Below, one piece after another: positions 24,361 to 38,926 of a DNA stretch of 64,000 bases. The notes beneath the pieces were generated by a model. The model did not search any database. It was not told the origin of the DNA and saw only the letters and a program-made list of their open reading frames with translations. How positions within the stretch are numbered: position 1 is the stretch's first letter; each line of letters starts with the position of its first letter. The translations under genes and the position numbers were made by a program. Location of the stretch: the NCBI RefSeq assembly GCF_963921235.1, contig NC_086108.1:48610001-48674000 (forward strand). Direction: 5' to 3'. The stretch is from Mobula hypostoma (Eukaryota).

Positions 24361-24892
24361 CTTTAATATTGAAATACAAAGTAAAAGCCTTCTACGAGCA
24401 AAATCAAAAGTCACAAAATTGGTAATAAATTTTAAAAATATTTTCTGAAAAGCAGTTGCATAAATTGTATTGATTAGTTCCATAATCATTTATTAAGTTC
24501 ACAGTTCAATACTTCCAGCTATCTCCCCTTGTTATTTCAGTTAGTGCAAAAAAAATCTGCCTTTTCTGTGTTGACGATTCTTATCAACTGAATATCCCCA
24601 CTCTCCTGTGCTGCAGAATTTCACTATACATAACTTTCCAGTGAAGAAGATCAACCCTTCATTTTGCAATTATGATCCTTAGTTTCCTACTCCTGACAAG
24701 GAAACAAAACAAAAATGCTGGCAGTATGCAACAACTGTTTACAGGCAACTCACAGAAAAAATACTGAATATGCATCTTCTTACCTCTGCAATTTCGGGCT
24801 GTAATTTCCATTAAGAAACACACATGTGAGTTATCTAAATGCATTAGCGATCATACAACCTGATGAGCCTGAAGGACTCAGGAATCTTAAAA

Positions 24893-27800
24893 ACATAAGC
24901 CATAGAAGCAGAATTAGGCCATTTAGCCCGTCAAGTCTACTTCATCATTCCATCATCATTTATTTACTATCCCTCACAGCCCCATTTTTCCTGCCTTCTG
25001 CTTCTAATTTTGAAGCCCTAACCAACCAAGAACCTCCGCTTTACGTATACCCTATGACTTGCCCTCCACTGCCATCTGCAGAATTCATTTCTGGATAAAG
25101 AAATTCCTTTTTGTATTTGTTTTAAATGGATGAGCCTCTGTTCTGAAGCTGTGCCCTCTTGTCAGACACTTCCCAACTATATGAAGCATCTGCACAGCAT
25201 CCATTATATCTAGGCCTTTCAGTATTCAATAGGTTTCATTAAGACCCCCCTCCCCCCCCACCATTCTTCTAAACTCTAGTTAATACAGGCCCAGAGTCAT
25301 CAAGTGCTCCTCATACATTAACCCGTTCATATCTGGAATCATTCTTATGAACCTCCTTTGGGCCCTTTCCAATACATCTTTTCTTAGATAATGGGCTAGA
25401 CACTGCTCATAATACTCCGTACAATCTGACCAATGCCTTATAAAGCCTCACCATTGCATCCTTGCAATTACATCCTAGTAATTAATGCTAGTATCGCATT
25501 TGCCGTCCTTACCAATGATTCTACCTGCAAGTTAACCTTTAGGGAATCCTGCATGAGGCCTTCCAAGTCCCTTTGCACCTCAGATTGAGCTTTCTCCACA
25601 TTTAGAAAATAGTCTACACCTTTATTCCTTCTACTAAAGTGCATGACCATACATTTCCCTATGCTATAGTCCATCTATCTGCCACATCTTTGCCTATTCT
25701 CCCAATCTTTCCAAGTCCTTCTACAGACTTTGCTTCTTCAACACTGCCTGCCTAGCCACCTATCTTTGTATCATTTGTAAACTTGGCTACAAAGCCATCA
25801 ATTCATTGACATGACATAACGTGAAAAGCAGTCCCAACATGGACCATTACAGAAGACCAGCTAACCAGTGGCAGGTAACCAGAAGAGGCCACTATTTTCC
25901 TCAATCTTCGCTCCTGCTAGTCAGCCAATCTACTATCCATGCCAGTATCATTCCTGTAATATCATGGACTCTTACCTCGTGAAGCAGCTTCATGTGTGGC
26001 ACCTTCTCAACGGCCTTCTGAGAAACCAGGTATACGACTTCCACTGACTCTCCTTTGTCTATCCTGCTTGTTATTTCCTCAAAGAATTCCAACATATTTG
26101 TTAGGCAAGATTTCCCTTTAAGGAAGCCATGTTGACTGTGGCCTATTTTACTTGTGCCTCCAAGTACTCCAAAACCTCATACTTAATGACAGATTCCAAC
26201 AACTTCCGAACCACTGAATTCAGGCTAACTAGCCGATAATTTCCTTTCTCCTGCTTTCATCACTTAAAGAGTGGAGTGACATTTGCAAGTTTCTAGTCTT
26301 CCAGAACCATTCCAGGATCTAGTGATTCTTGAAAGACCATTACTAATGCCTTCACAATCTCTTCAGCTACTTCTTTCAGAACAATGTAGTCCACCTAGTC
26401 CAGGTCATTATCTACCTTCAGGTCTTTTGGCTTCCCAAACACCTTCTCCTTAGTATTAACAACTACACTCAGTTATGCTCCCTGACACTCTTGAATTTCT
26501 GGCATTCTGGTAGTGTCTTGCACAATGAAAATTGATGCAAAATACTCATTAAGTTCTTCTGCCTTTTCTTTGTCACCTTTACTACCTTTCCAGCATTGTT
26601 TTATAATGGTCTGATATCCACACTCGCCTTTCTTTTACTCTTTATAAATATCTAAAAAAAGTTTATAGTATTAGCTAGCTAACCTTCATATTTCATCTTT
26701 TCCCTCCTTACTTCATTTTTAGCTGTTTTCTTAGTTTTTTAAAACTTCCCAATCATTTAACTCCCCACTAATTTTTGCTATATTATATGACCTCTCTTTT
26801 TCATTATAGCTGTCTTTTACAAACCTTGTTTCTCATGGTTGCCTCATCATCCTTTATGAATACTTCTTCATCTTTGAGATGTATTCCTGCATCTTCTGAA
26901 TTGCTCCCAGAAACTCTAGCCATTGCTGTTCTGCTGTCATCACTTCCAGTGTCCCCTTTCAATCATCTTTGGCCAACTCCTCTCTCGCACCTCTGTAATT
27001 CCCTTTACATCACTGAAATACTGATACATCCAATTTTACCTTCTTCTCAAACTGCAGGGAGAATTCTATCATATTATGATTACTGCCTCCTAAGGATTCA
27101 CATAAGGCTTCCCAATCAAATCTCAATGACTACACAACACCCAATCCAGAATTGCCTTTCCTCGACTGGGCTCAAGGACAAGCAGCTCTAAAAAGCCATC
27201 TCATAGGCATTCTACAAATTCCCTCTCTTGGGATCCAACACCAACCTGATTTTCTCCAATCTACCTGCATATTGAAATCCCCATGACTATCATAACATTT
27301 CCCTTTTTACAAGCCTTTCCTATCTCCTGCTGTAATTTGTACCCCACATTCTGGCTATTGTTCAGTGGCCTGTATATAACTCTTGCGGTTTCTTAACTCT
27401 ACCAACAAGGATCCTATATCTTCCTGTCTAATGTCATCTCTTTCTCAGAATTTGATGTCATTTTTTGACGAACAGATCCACCCCAAACCCTCTTCCTATC
27501 TGCCTGTCCTTTGTATTGAAAGGCTACAATATGCATCCTTGTATTTTAAGCTCTCAACTAGATCTTCTTTCAGCCACAACTCAGTCATGCCACAGTGTCA
27601 TACCTACCAATCCCTAACTGCACTTCAAGATCATCTACTGCCACCCTGTATACGACATGTATTCAATAAAACACCCTCAGTCCTACAAACGTATATTTGT
27701 CACCATTTTCGATTTTGCCCCCATGTTACACTTCATCTCATCCTACGATTTTGCCCTATCGTCTGCCTGACCTTCCTCAAAGGCTTACTACAAACTGCAT

Positions 27801-28950
27801 CAACTTGTATACCAACTGCCCTATCCTCAGCCCTATCACTTTGGTTCCCAACCCCCTGCCAAGTTATTTAACTCTCACAAATCTGCCCAACAAGGATATT
27901 AGTGTCCCTCAGGTTATGTGTAACCCATCCTTTTTGTAAAGGTCATACTACCCCAGAAGAGTTTACAATGATCCAGAAATCTGAAACCATGCCCCAATTC
28001 ATCAACCATGCACTTATTTGCCAAATCATCCTATTCTTACACTCACTAGCACATGGCACAGGCAACAATCCAAGATTGCCACCCTGGAGGTCCTGCTTTT
28101 CAGTTTTTTTTAATCTTATGCCCTACGTTCTCTCTTCAGGACATCCTGCTATACCATTGGTACCAATATGTACCATGACTTCTGGTTTCTCACCCTCCCC
28201 CTTTAGAATGCTTGAACCCATTCTGAGACATCCCTGACCCTGGCACCTGGGAGATAACATACTAACTTTCATGTCCACAGAATCTCCTGTCTGCTCCTCT
28301 AACTTCAGCATCCCCTATCACTTATCTTCCTCCTCTCCCCTCCCCCCCACCCCCACCCCACCACTGCTGAATCACTGCCAGAGACCTGAACATTGTGATT
28401 TTCCTCTGCTAGGTCAATCCCCCCACCCCCCACCAAAAGTATCCAAAGCACTATACCTGTTGCTGAGGGGAACTGCCACCTGGGTACTCGGCACTGGCTG
28501 CCTATCCCGGGCACCCAGTTACCTGTGTCCTGCACCTTGAACTACCTCCTTGTATGTCCTGCCAATCAACTCCTCAGCCTCCAGAATGATCCGGAGATCA
28601 TGTGGTTCCAGCTCCACTTCCTTAACACGGTTTGGAAGAAGCTACATGTGGTTGCATTTCTTGCAGGTGTAGACATGGAGTACAGTGGAGATCTCTCTGC
28701 CTTCCCACATCCTGCAAGAGGAGCAATCCAGTATACTGCCATACTGCCTGGCAACCCCGCCACTCAAAGTGTGCAATAAGAAAGAAAAAAAACTTTAAGC
28801 AAAAAAATGTACCTACACTCTCTCTCTCTCTCTCTCATCAACAAAGACAGTGACCCAAAGCCTGGGCTCCCCACTCTAACACTAGACCACTCACACAATG
28901 GCCATTCCCACAATGGCCCCTCTGCTTAAACCTAACTTCTTTTTATTGGC
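24893..28950 (-). mobile_element. Near full-length degraded CR1 (ORF1 with esterase-like block, plus ORF2)
   Basis: 3' tail at 24893, RT remnants (LEFFEEITSRIDKGESV), endonuclease region near 27300, and ORF1 LKGEGEKPEVMVHIGTN at ~28150-28220. Confidence 0.8.
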
Positions 28951-29596
28951 CCTTGCCAAGTGCCTAATTATGCACAATCCAACATTTCCTTGGGAGATGT
29001 TGGGAATATCCCAACTCCCCCCATTCACATTTTTTGAACTCTCTCTTTCCCGCTATGCAATCGATTGTCTCTCAGGAATTGTGGTGCCCAGAGCTTGACT
29101 CTCAGAAATGTAGGTAAAGCACCTGAAGGTGACCAGAAGCAAGGCTACAAAGGGTGGGGGCTACTTCAGGCCAGATTGAAGCGATGGGGATCGCAACCTC
29201 CTCTACCTAGAGTCTACATGGTCAATGTACTTTCATTACAGAGCAAGATAGAGGACTTAAGGGCCAGATTGCTGCATTGGAGAGAAATGAGGGATTGCTG
29301 CATCTTCTTTTTCACTAAGACATGGCTCACCCACACAGTCCAGACACCACACTCCAGCCTGAGGGGTTCTCAATCCAGTGGAAAATTAGGATAGTGGCAT
29401 CAATCAAGATCAGAGTTGGGGAGTCACGTGGGTGCCAGGCAAGATGACCGCACGTTAGCAGAACTCTGACAACCCACCATGAAATTCTATTAATTAGATC
29501 ATATTTATCCCGCCTTGTCCGGATGCAGCTGTCCTGCAGTTAAAAACTGTTTTTTTCACTAAAACGGCTAATAACAACTTTGAGAGATAATTCTGT

Positions 29597-30485
29597 ATGA
29601 TGCCGAGACCTAAGAGCACTACAGCGAGCCATGTGGCTACAAGACAGAGCCCACAATCCGAAGTTCAAGCCACGCTAACGACACAGACGGACCAAGGCTC
29701 CATCATGGAGAATTTACTGGCTGAGGTTAGTCGTATGAGTTCCACTCTACTCATGGTGGCTGCTGATGTATCTGCGATTAAGGAAACAACAACAGAGTTG
29801 GAGAACTCCGTCAATGCCATTCAAGAGAGGCTGACGGAAGCCGAGGGCTGTCTCTCCAGTGTGGAGGACACCACTGTGCAACTGGTGGGTGCCAGCGAGC
29901 AGAGTAAGAAATGCTTGGACCTGCTGTGGAACTGTGTCTAGGAGCTTGAGAACAGGAGCAGACACAACAACATCAGGCTGAGCAGTCTAAAGGAGGGTGC
30001 AGAAACGGGCGGTCTGATTAAGTGTGTGCAAAGAATCATGTCCGAAGGATTTGGCATCAAACTGAACACAGAGTTTGAGATTGAGAGGGCGCATCGGGCC
30101 TCGGCTCCCAGGCCGGGCGAGGATTCCCTCCCACCACGCCCAGCTGGTCCTAATATGCTTCTTGCACTCTTCAGCCAGAGAGAAACTGCTACAAGTGGCC
30201 AAAGCAAAGACAGAAGTTGAGTGGGAGGGATGCAAAGTTTCCTTCTTTCCAGATATGTCCAGAGAATTAGCTGAAAAACAGAGGGCATTTACTACAGGTC
30301 GGAAAATGCTGCAAAAAGTCAATGTGAGGTACACACTCACTTATCCAGCAGTTCTACACTTCACGGGGAAAGGAAAGAACAAGTTCTTTACTATTGCTGC
30401 AGAATCAGAGAAATTTATTCAGAAAAACTGCGGCGCTGGCATTGACTCAGAGACAGGATTTGATCACAGTAATAGGTGGAGATAA
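29597..30485 (+). pseudogene. L1 ORF1p, disrupted
   Basis: Coiled coil, ELENRSRHNNIRL, EIERAHRA and SFFPDMS motifs over three ORF pieces. Confidence 0.85.
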
Positions 30486-30865
30486 CCTTTTAGGTATAAC
30501 AGTGTGGGTGGGGAGCTGGATGAAGCGGTCTGATTAGGGTGAGGCTTGCTAGTTGGCACAGCACTTTGCAGACCATATTACGTGTCTTTTTCTTTTCTGT
30601 TTCTTTGTGGAGTTTATCCTGCCTGTTTGTTTTTATTTGTTAGTTAATCTGGCAGGAATATATTATTTATTTGTCTTTGGGTTATGTTGGTTGTTTACTT
30701 GTTGTTTGAGAGCACAGTAATTGCAGTGTTTCTTGGTAATAATTGAGCACGGGGATAGAGTACAGCAGGTTTTTTTCCGACTTTTTTTTTTGGAGTTATT
30801 GCATTCCAGACTCAGCCATCCAGGAAAATGTATATTTTTGCACATGTGGGCATGAAGTTTAGGAC

Positions 30866-33800
30866 ATGAAAATGGTTAATATCATATCATGGAACATTAA
30901 TGGGTGTGGAAACCCAATCAAGAGGAAAAAGACTTTATCATACCTTAAAGGTAAACAAATTGATGTTGCATTTGTCCAGGAAACACATTTTAAAGATGTC
31001 GAAGCACTGAAATTTAGAAGAGATTGTGTGGGCCAGGTATTCTATTCATCACTTAATAGCAAACAAAATGGGACAATGACTTTAATTAACAAAAGACTTA
31101 ATCTTGTATTGCTTGGGGAATTTAAAGACAAGGAACGCAGGATAATTTGTACAGATGCACTTATTAATGGGGTGAAAGTAGTACTTTGTAACATATATGC
31201 ACCTAAAAAGGAAGACACAGACTTTCTTAACAAGGTGAATGAAATTTTAGGCACCAAGGAAGGAAAAATAATTTTAGCAGGAGACTTTAACCAAGTAATG
31301 GACCCTGTTATTCAGAAAAGCAAATTTCAGACATCACCAGTACCGAGGGATAGGGCTGCCTTACATCAACTTATTGAGGATATCAGTCTAGTGGATATAT
31401 GGCGATTGGTGAATCCATCCGGAAAAGAATATACATTTTTCTCTCAGCGACATAAATCCTACTCTAGAATAGATTTTTTTCTAATATCCAACTCCATTGT
31501 TGAACAGGTGATAGACTGTAAAATTGGCCCGATAGCATTATCAGACCATGCACCAGTTGAAATTCAAATTGATTTAAATACTGAAAGGGGAAGGAGGGGT
31601 AGATGGCGAATGAATACTATGCTGTTAAAAGATGAGGATTTCAGTGATAAACTGGCTGAGGATCTGACTTCGTTTTTTGAATTGAACCTAGGGACCTCCG
31701 TAAAGCTGTCCTCGGTATGGGAGGCATCCAAGGCGTATATAAGAGGAAAATTAATAGCACAGACATCTGAAAGGAAGAAAGAAAGTATGGAGCAAAAAAA
31801 AAATCTGGAGGCAGAAATAACCACATTTGAAAAGGTTTTAGCAAGACAATATACCGATGACTTATACAAAGATCTGTGCAATTTGAAATTCCAGCTAAAT
31901 AACATATATAACAAAGAAGCAGAATATGCATTATTTAGATTAAAAACAAATTTCTGCGAAGGTGGTGACAAAGCTGGTAAGCTGCTGGCAAGATATTTAA
32001 AGCAGCAGAATACGAATAGTGTTATACCTGTAATTAAGAAAGGGGATACATTAGTGTCATCATCTAAAGAAATAAACGAAGTCTTTTGACAGTTCTATGA
32101 ACATCTATATGCATTGCCGTTTAACCATGACCAGGAGGAGCTGAATCAGTTTTTTGTTAACATAAAATTGCCTACATTATCCCCACAACAAGCTGAGTCC
32201 TTGGATGCTCCAATTACTGAGGATGAGGTCAGACAGGCTATTGTGGCTATGAAAATGGGGATATCTCCAGGTATGATAGCTTCCCAGTTGATTATAAGAA
32301 ATTTCTGGACATATTGGCTCTTATTCTAACAAAAATCTATTCAGAAGCACTTAATTTGGAATCTCTACTGAATACGTTTAATGAAGCATTAACATCGTTG
32401 ATCCCAAAAAAAGACAGGGAGGCAATAGATCCCTCCAATTATAGGCCTATAATCTTAATTAATGTGGACTGTAAGATACTGACTAAAATACTAGCTTTGC
32501 GATTAGAGAAAGTATTGCCATCTATAATTAATACTGACCAGGTTGGCTTCATTAAAGGCAGATCCTCAACTGACAATGTAAGGAGATTACTGCACTTAAT
32601 ATGGCTGAACTCCTCAAGTAGTATCCCAGCTACTGCCATCTCCCTGGATGCCGAAAAGGCCTTTGACAGGGTTGAGTGGAGATTTTTAACTACAGCCTTG
32701 TCATTCTTTGGGTTTGGCTCTATCTTTAAATCATGGATTAGAATTTTATATAAAAACCCTAAGGCTGCAGTTAATACAAATGGTATCATATCCCCATTTT
32801 TCAACATTTCACACGGTACACGCCAAGGCTGCCCCCTCTCCCCACTGTTATTTACGATTTTTTTGGAACCACTGGCAATCAAGATTAGAGCAGATCCAAA
32901 TGTTATAGGAGTGAAGGGAGGTGGAAAGGAGCATAAGCTGATGTTATATGCTGACGATATTTTATTACTGATTAGTGACACTTCTAACTCCTTACTCCCA
33001 CTAATGAAAACTATTCAATTATACTTTGAGGTATCTGGTTATAAAATCAACTGCAATAAATCTGAGGCTATGCCAATGTCAAAATTGTGTTTTTCAAATT
33101 CAGTATCTCAGTTTAATTTCAGATGGGTGCCAGTTGGAATGAAGTATCTAGGGGTCAAACTCAGTCAGAATTTGGATGAAATAATTACTTTAAATTATGA
33201 CCCGTTATTGAGTAGGATAAGAAATAATCTGGATAAGTGGGGGGCACTGAGACTGTCACTCTGGGCTAAAGTCAATGTAGTTAAAATGGTCATAGCACCT
33301 CAGTTTAACTATTTTTCTATGATGCTTCCTTTAAATATATCAGTTTTGATCTACAAGCAATACAATAAAATTATCAGGGATTTTCTATGGGATAAGAAGA
33401 AACCTAGAATTAAAATGAGTAAGATGTGTATGTCCAGGGACATGGGTGGGCTCAGTTTACCAGACGTCAGGGCATATAAATTATCTTTTGAAATGACCAA
33501 GGTAGCTAAACATTGGGACAGCGCTGATGTTGATTTAGGCTGGGTAATTATAGAACGGAGCCTGGCCGCACCACATTCTCCCCTTAATATCCTCTCACAA
33601 CATGTGGAAAACAAGACTAATCTAAATCCTATACTATCTCACTCAAGGAGTGTGTGGGGTACAATTCATAAAGCTTGTAGAATGTCACACTTAAACCAGT
33701 TATACTCCTTGCTCTGGAATAACTCTGAGATATGCATTGGGAAAAGAATGGTGTACTGGAAAGAATGGAAGATTAAAGGTGTAAATACAGTAGGTGATCT

Positions 33801-34617
33801 CTGTGAGAATGGGATTTTTATGTCATATGTGGATTTGCAAAGGAAATAAAACTTTGCAGATAAAGGGAATTTTTGGTAGTATTTGCAAATAATACATTGC
33901 GTTAGTAGCATATTCAAGAACGATGACCCACAAAGTAGCCCTTTAACTGAATACTTTACATTACCACAAGAAGTTCATAAAGCATCAGTGTTTTATAAAA
34001 TGTTCAAGCACTCTGTGGGTGAATCGTGTAACAATCTCAAAGCAGTATGGCAGAAGGATCTTGGAAGCGATATTGAAGATAATGAGTGGTCAAATATTTT
34101 ATCAAATGTGGGTAAACATATTAGGGAAGCGAGAGGGAAATTTATTCAATATAAGACAGTACACAGATATTATTGGACACCAACTAGAGTCTACAAAATG
34201 GGGATTGTTGATAATAATTTATGCTGGAAATGTAAAAATGAGGTGGACACATATTTTCACATGATTTGGGAGTGTTCTGTGGTTCGTCCATTTTGGTGTA
34301 AAGTTCTTGATCTGTTGGGGAGTTGGTCGGGTTCCACACTGCCCTTGTGCCCACGGCTTTGTCTCTCGGGTGACAGGACAATGATACCTAATGTAAACAA
34401 TGACAAGTTCACTATTTTAAAGGTGGGTCTCATCACAGCTGCAAAAATTATATTGCAAAACTGGAACAAAACCAGATGTCCCACTGTGAAGGAATGGACT
34501 GAGGAAATGATTAAGATTTCATCATATGAACACATGTTGGAAAGGATTAACAGTGAGGAAAAAGTGCAATGCGCGTGGCATCAATTTTGGTTCTATGTTA
34601 GTTTAAACTTAAATTAG
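30866..34617 (+). pseudogene. L1 ORF2p, disrupted
   Basis: SWNING, QETH, GDFN, SDH, GTRQGCPLSP, YADD and CWKC...HMIWEC motifs. Confidence 0.92.
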
Positions 34618-35244
34618 AACTTCTTTCTGTTTCTAAGTTTTACTTGTTTTTCTGTCATGGGATGGCTGTGTAAATATGCTGTACTCTATCTGCTCTGTGA
34701 CATGCTGTGGTGCTTTGTAAAATAAGAATAAATAATAATAAAAATTTGAATTACTAAAAAAAAGATCAGAGGTGGTGGTGTCTGCTTCAGTGTAAACTCA
34801 TCGCTTCAGTATAAACACCGCTTTGACATAACAGTCTTGTCTCTGTCTTGTTCTTCTGACCTGGAACACCTAATGATTAAATGCCGACCATTCTACTTCA
34901 CAAGAGAGTTCTCCGCTATGACCCCGATTGCTATTTACATACCACCAAAGACAGAAGTCAAGTAAGCACTTGATGTATTGAATGACATGATCAACAGCCT
35001 ACCCTGATGCCTTTACAATCCTTGCCAGGGTCTTCAATCAGACTATTTTGAAGAAATCACTACCTAACTACAATCAGCCCATTACCTGCAGCACCAGAGG
35101 ACCAACACACTCGACCACTGCTACACTAGCATCAAGAATGTTTACCGCTCTACCCTCGACTGCAGTTCTGGAAATCTGACAGCCTGAGTGTCCTTTTCCT
35201 ACCTGCATATAGGTAGAGACTATAGAGCAAGGCACCAGAGTCAC

Positions 35245-37225
35245 AGAAACATAGAAAATGTACAACACAATACAGGCCCTTCGGCCCACAAAGTTCTGCT
35301 GAACATGTCCCTACCTTACAAATTTCTAGGCTTACTATAGCCCTCTATTTTTCTAAGTTCCATGTACCTATCCAGAAGTCTCTTAAAAGAGACTTTTATC
35401 CGCCTCCACCACCGTTGCCAGTAGCCCATTCCACGCACTCACCATTCTCTGAGTAAAAAACTTACCCCTGACATCTCCTCTGTACCTACTCCCCAGCATC
35501 TTAAACCTGTGTCCTCTTGTTGCAACCATTTTAGCCCTGGGAAAAAGCCTGTGACTATCCACACGATCAATGCCTCTCATCGTCTTATACACCTCTATCA
35601 GGTCACCTCTCATCCTCCGTCGCTCCAAGGAGAAAAGGCCAAGTTCACTCAACCTATTCTCATAATGCATGCTCCCCAATCCAGGCAATATCCTTGTAAA
35701 TCTCCTCTGCACCCTTTCTATGGTTTCCACATCCTTCCTGTAGTGAGGCGACCAGAACTGAGCACAGTACTCCAAGTGGGGTCTGACCAGGGTCCTATAT
35801 AGCTGCAACATTACCTCCCGGCTCCTAAATTCAATTCCACGATTGATGAAGGCCAATACACTGTATGCCTTCTTAACCACAGAGTCAACCTGCGCAACTG
35901 CTTTGAGCGTCCTATGGACTCGGACCCCAAGATCCCTCTGATCCTCCACACTGCCAAGAGTCTTACCATTAATACTATATTCTGTCATCACATTTGACCC
36001 ATCAAAATGAACCACCTCACACTTATCTGGGTTGAACTCCATCTGCCACTTCTCAGCCCAGTTTTGCATCCTATTAATGTCCTGCTGTAACCTCTGACAG
36101 CCCTCCACACTGTCCACAACACCTCCAACCTTTCTGTCATCAGCAAACTTACTAACCCATCCCTCCACTTCCTCATCCAGGTAATTTATAAAAATCACGA
36201 AAAGTAAGGGTCCCAGGACAGATCCCTGAGGCACGCCACTGGTGACCGACCTCCATGCAGAATATGACCCGTCTACAACCAGACTGGCAAGCCAGTTCTG
36301 GATCCACAAAGCAAAGTCCCCTTGGATCCCATGCCTCCTTACTTTCTCAATAAGCCTTGGATGGGGTACCTTATCAAATGCCTTACTGAAATCCATATAC
36401 ACTACATCTATTACTCTTCCTTCATCAATGTGTTTAGTCACATCCTCAAAAAATTCAGTCAGGCTCGTAAGGCACGACCTGCCCTTGACAAAGCCTTGCT
36501 GACTATTCCTAATCATATCATGCCTCTCCAAATCTTCATAAATCCTGCCTCTCACGATCTTCTCCATCAACTTACCAACCACTGAAGTAAGACTCACTGG
36601 TCTATAATTTCCTGGGCTATCTCTACTCCCTTTCTTGAATAAAGGAACAACATCCACAACCCTCCAATCCTCTGGAACCTCTCCCGTCCCCATTGCTGAT
36701 GCAAAGACCATCGCTAGAAGCTCAGCAATCTCCTCCCTCGCCTCCCATAGTAGCCTGGGGTACATCTCATCCGGTCCCAGCGACTTATCCAACTTGATGC
36801 TTTCCAAAAGCTCCAGCACATCCTCTTTCTTAATATCTACATGCTCAAGCTTTTCAGTCTGTTGCAAGTCAATACTACAATCACCAAGATCCTTTTCCAT
36901 AGTGAATACCAAGGTAAAGTATTCATTAAGTACCTCTGCTATTTCCTCTGGATCCATACATACTGGACACTTGATAGGTCCTATTCTTTCACATCTTATC
37001 CTCTTGCTCTTCACATACTTGTAGAATGCCTTGGGGTTTTCCTTAATCCCGCCCGCCAAGACCTTCTCATGGCCCCTTCTGACTCTCCTAATTTCCTTCT
37101 TAAGCTCCTTCCTATTAATCTTCTAAATCTCTAACATTACCAAGCTCTCTGAACCTTTTGTAAGCTTTTCTTTTCTTCTTGACTAGACTTATTACAGCCT
37201 TTGTACACTGTACCCCACCATAACT
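35245..37225 (-). mobile_element. Young 5'-truncated CR1 LINE
   Basis: agaaacatag tail and a long open RT frame. Confidence 0.93.
35383..37059 (-). CDS. CR1 ORF2 reverse-transcriptase portion (558 aa open; endonuclease missing)
   Basis: [33 protein letters not shown] and LVRPHLEYC motifs. Confidence 0.85.
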   Translation of the reverse strand: MAGGIKENPKAFYKYVKSKRIRCERIGPIKCPVCMDPEEIAEVLNEYFTLVFTMEKDLGDCSIDLQQTEKLEHVDIKKEDVLELLESIKLDKSLGPDEMYPRLLWEAREEIAELLAMVFASAMGTGEVPEDWRVVDVVPLFKKGSRDSPGNYRPVSLTSVVGKLMEKIVRGRIYEDLERHDMIRNSQQGFVKGRSCLTSLTEFFEDVTKHIDEGRVIDVVYMDFSKAFDKVPHPRLIEKVRRHGIQGDFALWIQNWLASLVVDGSYSAWRSVTSGVPQGSVLGPLLFVIFINYLDEEVEGWVSKFADDRKVGGVVDSVEGCQRLQQDINRMQNWAEKWQMEFNPDKCEVVHFDGSNVMTEYSINGKTLGSVEDQRDLGVRVHRTLKAVAQVDSVVKKAYSVLAFINRGIEFRSREVMLQLYRTLVRPHLEYCAQFWSPHYRKDVETIERVQRRFTRILPGLGSMHYENRLSELGLFSLERRRMRGDLIEVYKTMRGIDRVDSHRLFPRAKMVATRGHRFKMLGSRYRGDVRGKFFTQRMVSAWNGLLATVVEADKSLF

Positions 37226-38503
37226 CCCCTGTCTCATTGCCTACCATAACTTCTCTGTCAAGGACAACAAAGAGGTAGTCAGGAGAGGCAGAGGAACACC
37301 TATAGGATTGCTTTGATTCTGTGAATAGAGCCATGTTCAAGCACAAGAGGACCTGAATGAATATGCCTCCGTTGTCACAGACTTCATAAAGATACTTGTG
37401 GACAGATGTGTCCTTACAAAATCAGTGAACTCCTCCCCAAACAGTACCCCCGGTTAAAGCAAGAAATTCAAAATCTGTGGAGGGCTAGGTTGGCAGCAAC
37501 ATCTCCTCCACAATCACCATCCGCACAGGTCCACCTCAGTGCTGTGCGTTTAAACCCCGGCTCTACTCACTTTACAGTTCTGACTGTAAGGCTACGTACA
37601 GCTTCAGTGCCGTATTTAAATTTGCTGACGGCACCACTGTTTTTGGCTAAATCAATGGCGGTGACAAATCAGCATAAAAGGGGGTGAATGAAAATCCGTT
37701 TGAATCGTGCCTCAATCACAATCTCTCGTTCAATGTCAGCAAAACCAATGAGCCGAGGATTGACGACAGGAGGAATAACCTGGAGGTCCACGAGCCACTC
37801 CTCATTACGGGATCAGAAGTGGCGAGGGTCTATAACTTTAAATTTAAAGATCTGTCCTGAGACCATAAAAGCAACCATAAAAAAGGCACAAAATTATCTC
37901 TCTTAGACATTTGTGTAAATTCAGCATGTCACCAAAAATTTTGACGAAGTCATGGAGACATTGGAGAGTATCCTAACTAGTTGATCATAGCCTCAGATTA
38001 AAACACCAATGCCAAAGAACAGGATAGACTACAGAAAGTGGTGGATTCAGCCCAGTCCATTGCAGACAAGGCCTTGCCCACCATTGAGTGTATTTAAATT
38101 GAGCGCTGCCGCAAGAAAGCAGCATCCATCATCAAAGACCCCCACCATCCAGGTCATGCTCTCTTCTCACAACTACCATCAGGCAGGAGGTAGAGAAGCC
38201 TCGGTCCCACACCACCAGGTTCAGTAACAGTTACTACCCTACAACCATGAGGCTCCTGAACCGATGAGGACAACCACACTCACCTCAATTCTGAACCGAT
38301 TCTACAACCTAAAGACTCACTTTCAGGACTTTACAACTCATGTTTTCAGTATTATCTTTTACTTGCCTTCTTCTGCACATTGGTTGTTTGACAGTCTTTA
38401 CTTATGTATAGGTTTTCCTATCTTCTATTGTATTTCTTTACTTTTTCCTGTAAATGCGTGCAAAAAAACAAATCTCAAGCTAGTATCTGGTAACATATAT
38501 GTA

Positions 38504-38926
38504 AATGTAATGGCTCTGTCTGTCCAAGTAGACAACAGATGCGCCTGGTTCTCCAGGGCGCAGGCTTGGGCGATGAGTATGGAGATTCTGGGCTGCCCAG
38601 ACATCAAGATCCCCCTCTCGGCCTCGTGGATGTGGTCCAAAGGAATGTGAAGCAGTACATTTGGCATCAGCTTGGTTGCAGGAGCTGCTGGGAGGTGATG
38701 TGATAAGACATCCAACCGCCTCAGGGGCTCCACTCCGGATTTGTGTAGGGTTTACTCCTTAGCCTTCTCCTCTCCCGAAGATACCCACAAGGCAGTGGGA
38801 TCCGTAATCCTGGATAGGGGCCCATACCGGGTACTGTCAGCCGGAGCCAGCTGAGCCTGGGACTCATGTAAGGCAGGGTCGTCACGCCCTGTAGTAGTGA
38901 CAGATGGAGCCACTACCCACTACCTA
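38504..38926 (-). mobile_element. Non-autonomous element, probably RTE-derived; imperfect 12-bp TSD
   Basis: Flanks aacatatatgta (38492-38503) and aacatatgcgta (38927-38938); tacat-type tail; GC-rich non-coding body. The RTE assignment rests on recalled similarity. Confidence 0.6.

Larger units (their letters stand above)
29416..34761 (+). mobile_element. Full-length L1-clade LINE of a second family (5346 bp); 10-bp TSD aagatcagag (29406-29415 / 34762-34771)
   Basis: ORF1, ORF2, short 3' UTR, A-tail and an exact TSD. Confidence 0.94.

Noticed and set aside
32439..32981. 180-aa antisense ORF (and similar ones opposite CR1/L1 ORFs)
   Set aside because: Shadow frames of retroelement coding sequence.
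38740..38830. HDV-like ribozyme suggested by GGCTAA on the minus strand of the RTE-like element
   Set aside because: I could not build convincing P1/P1.1/P2 pairings by hand; it needs an RNAmotif or Infernal search on a consensus.
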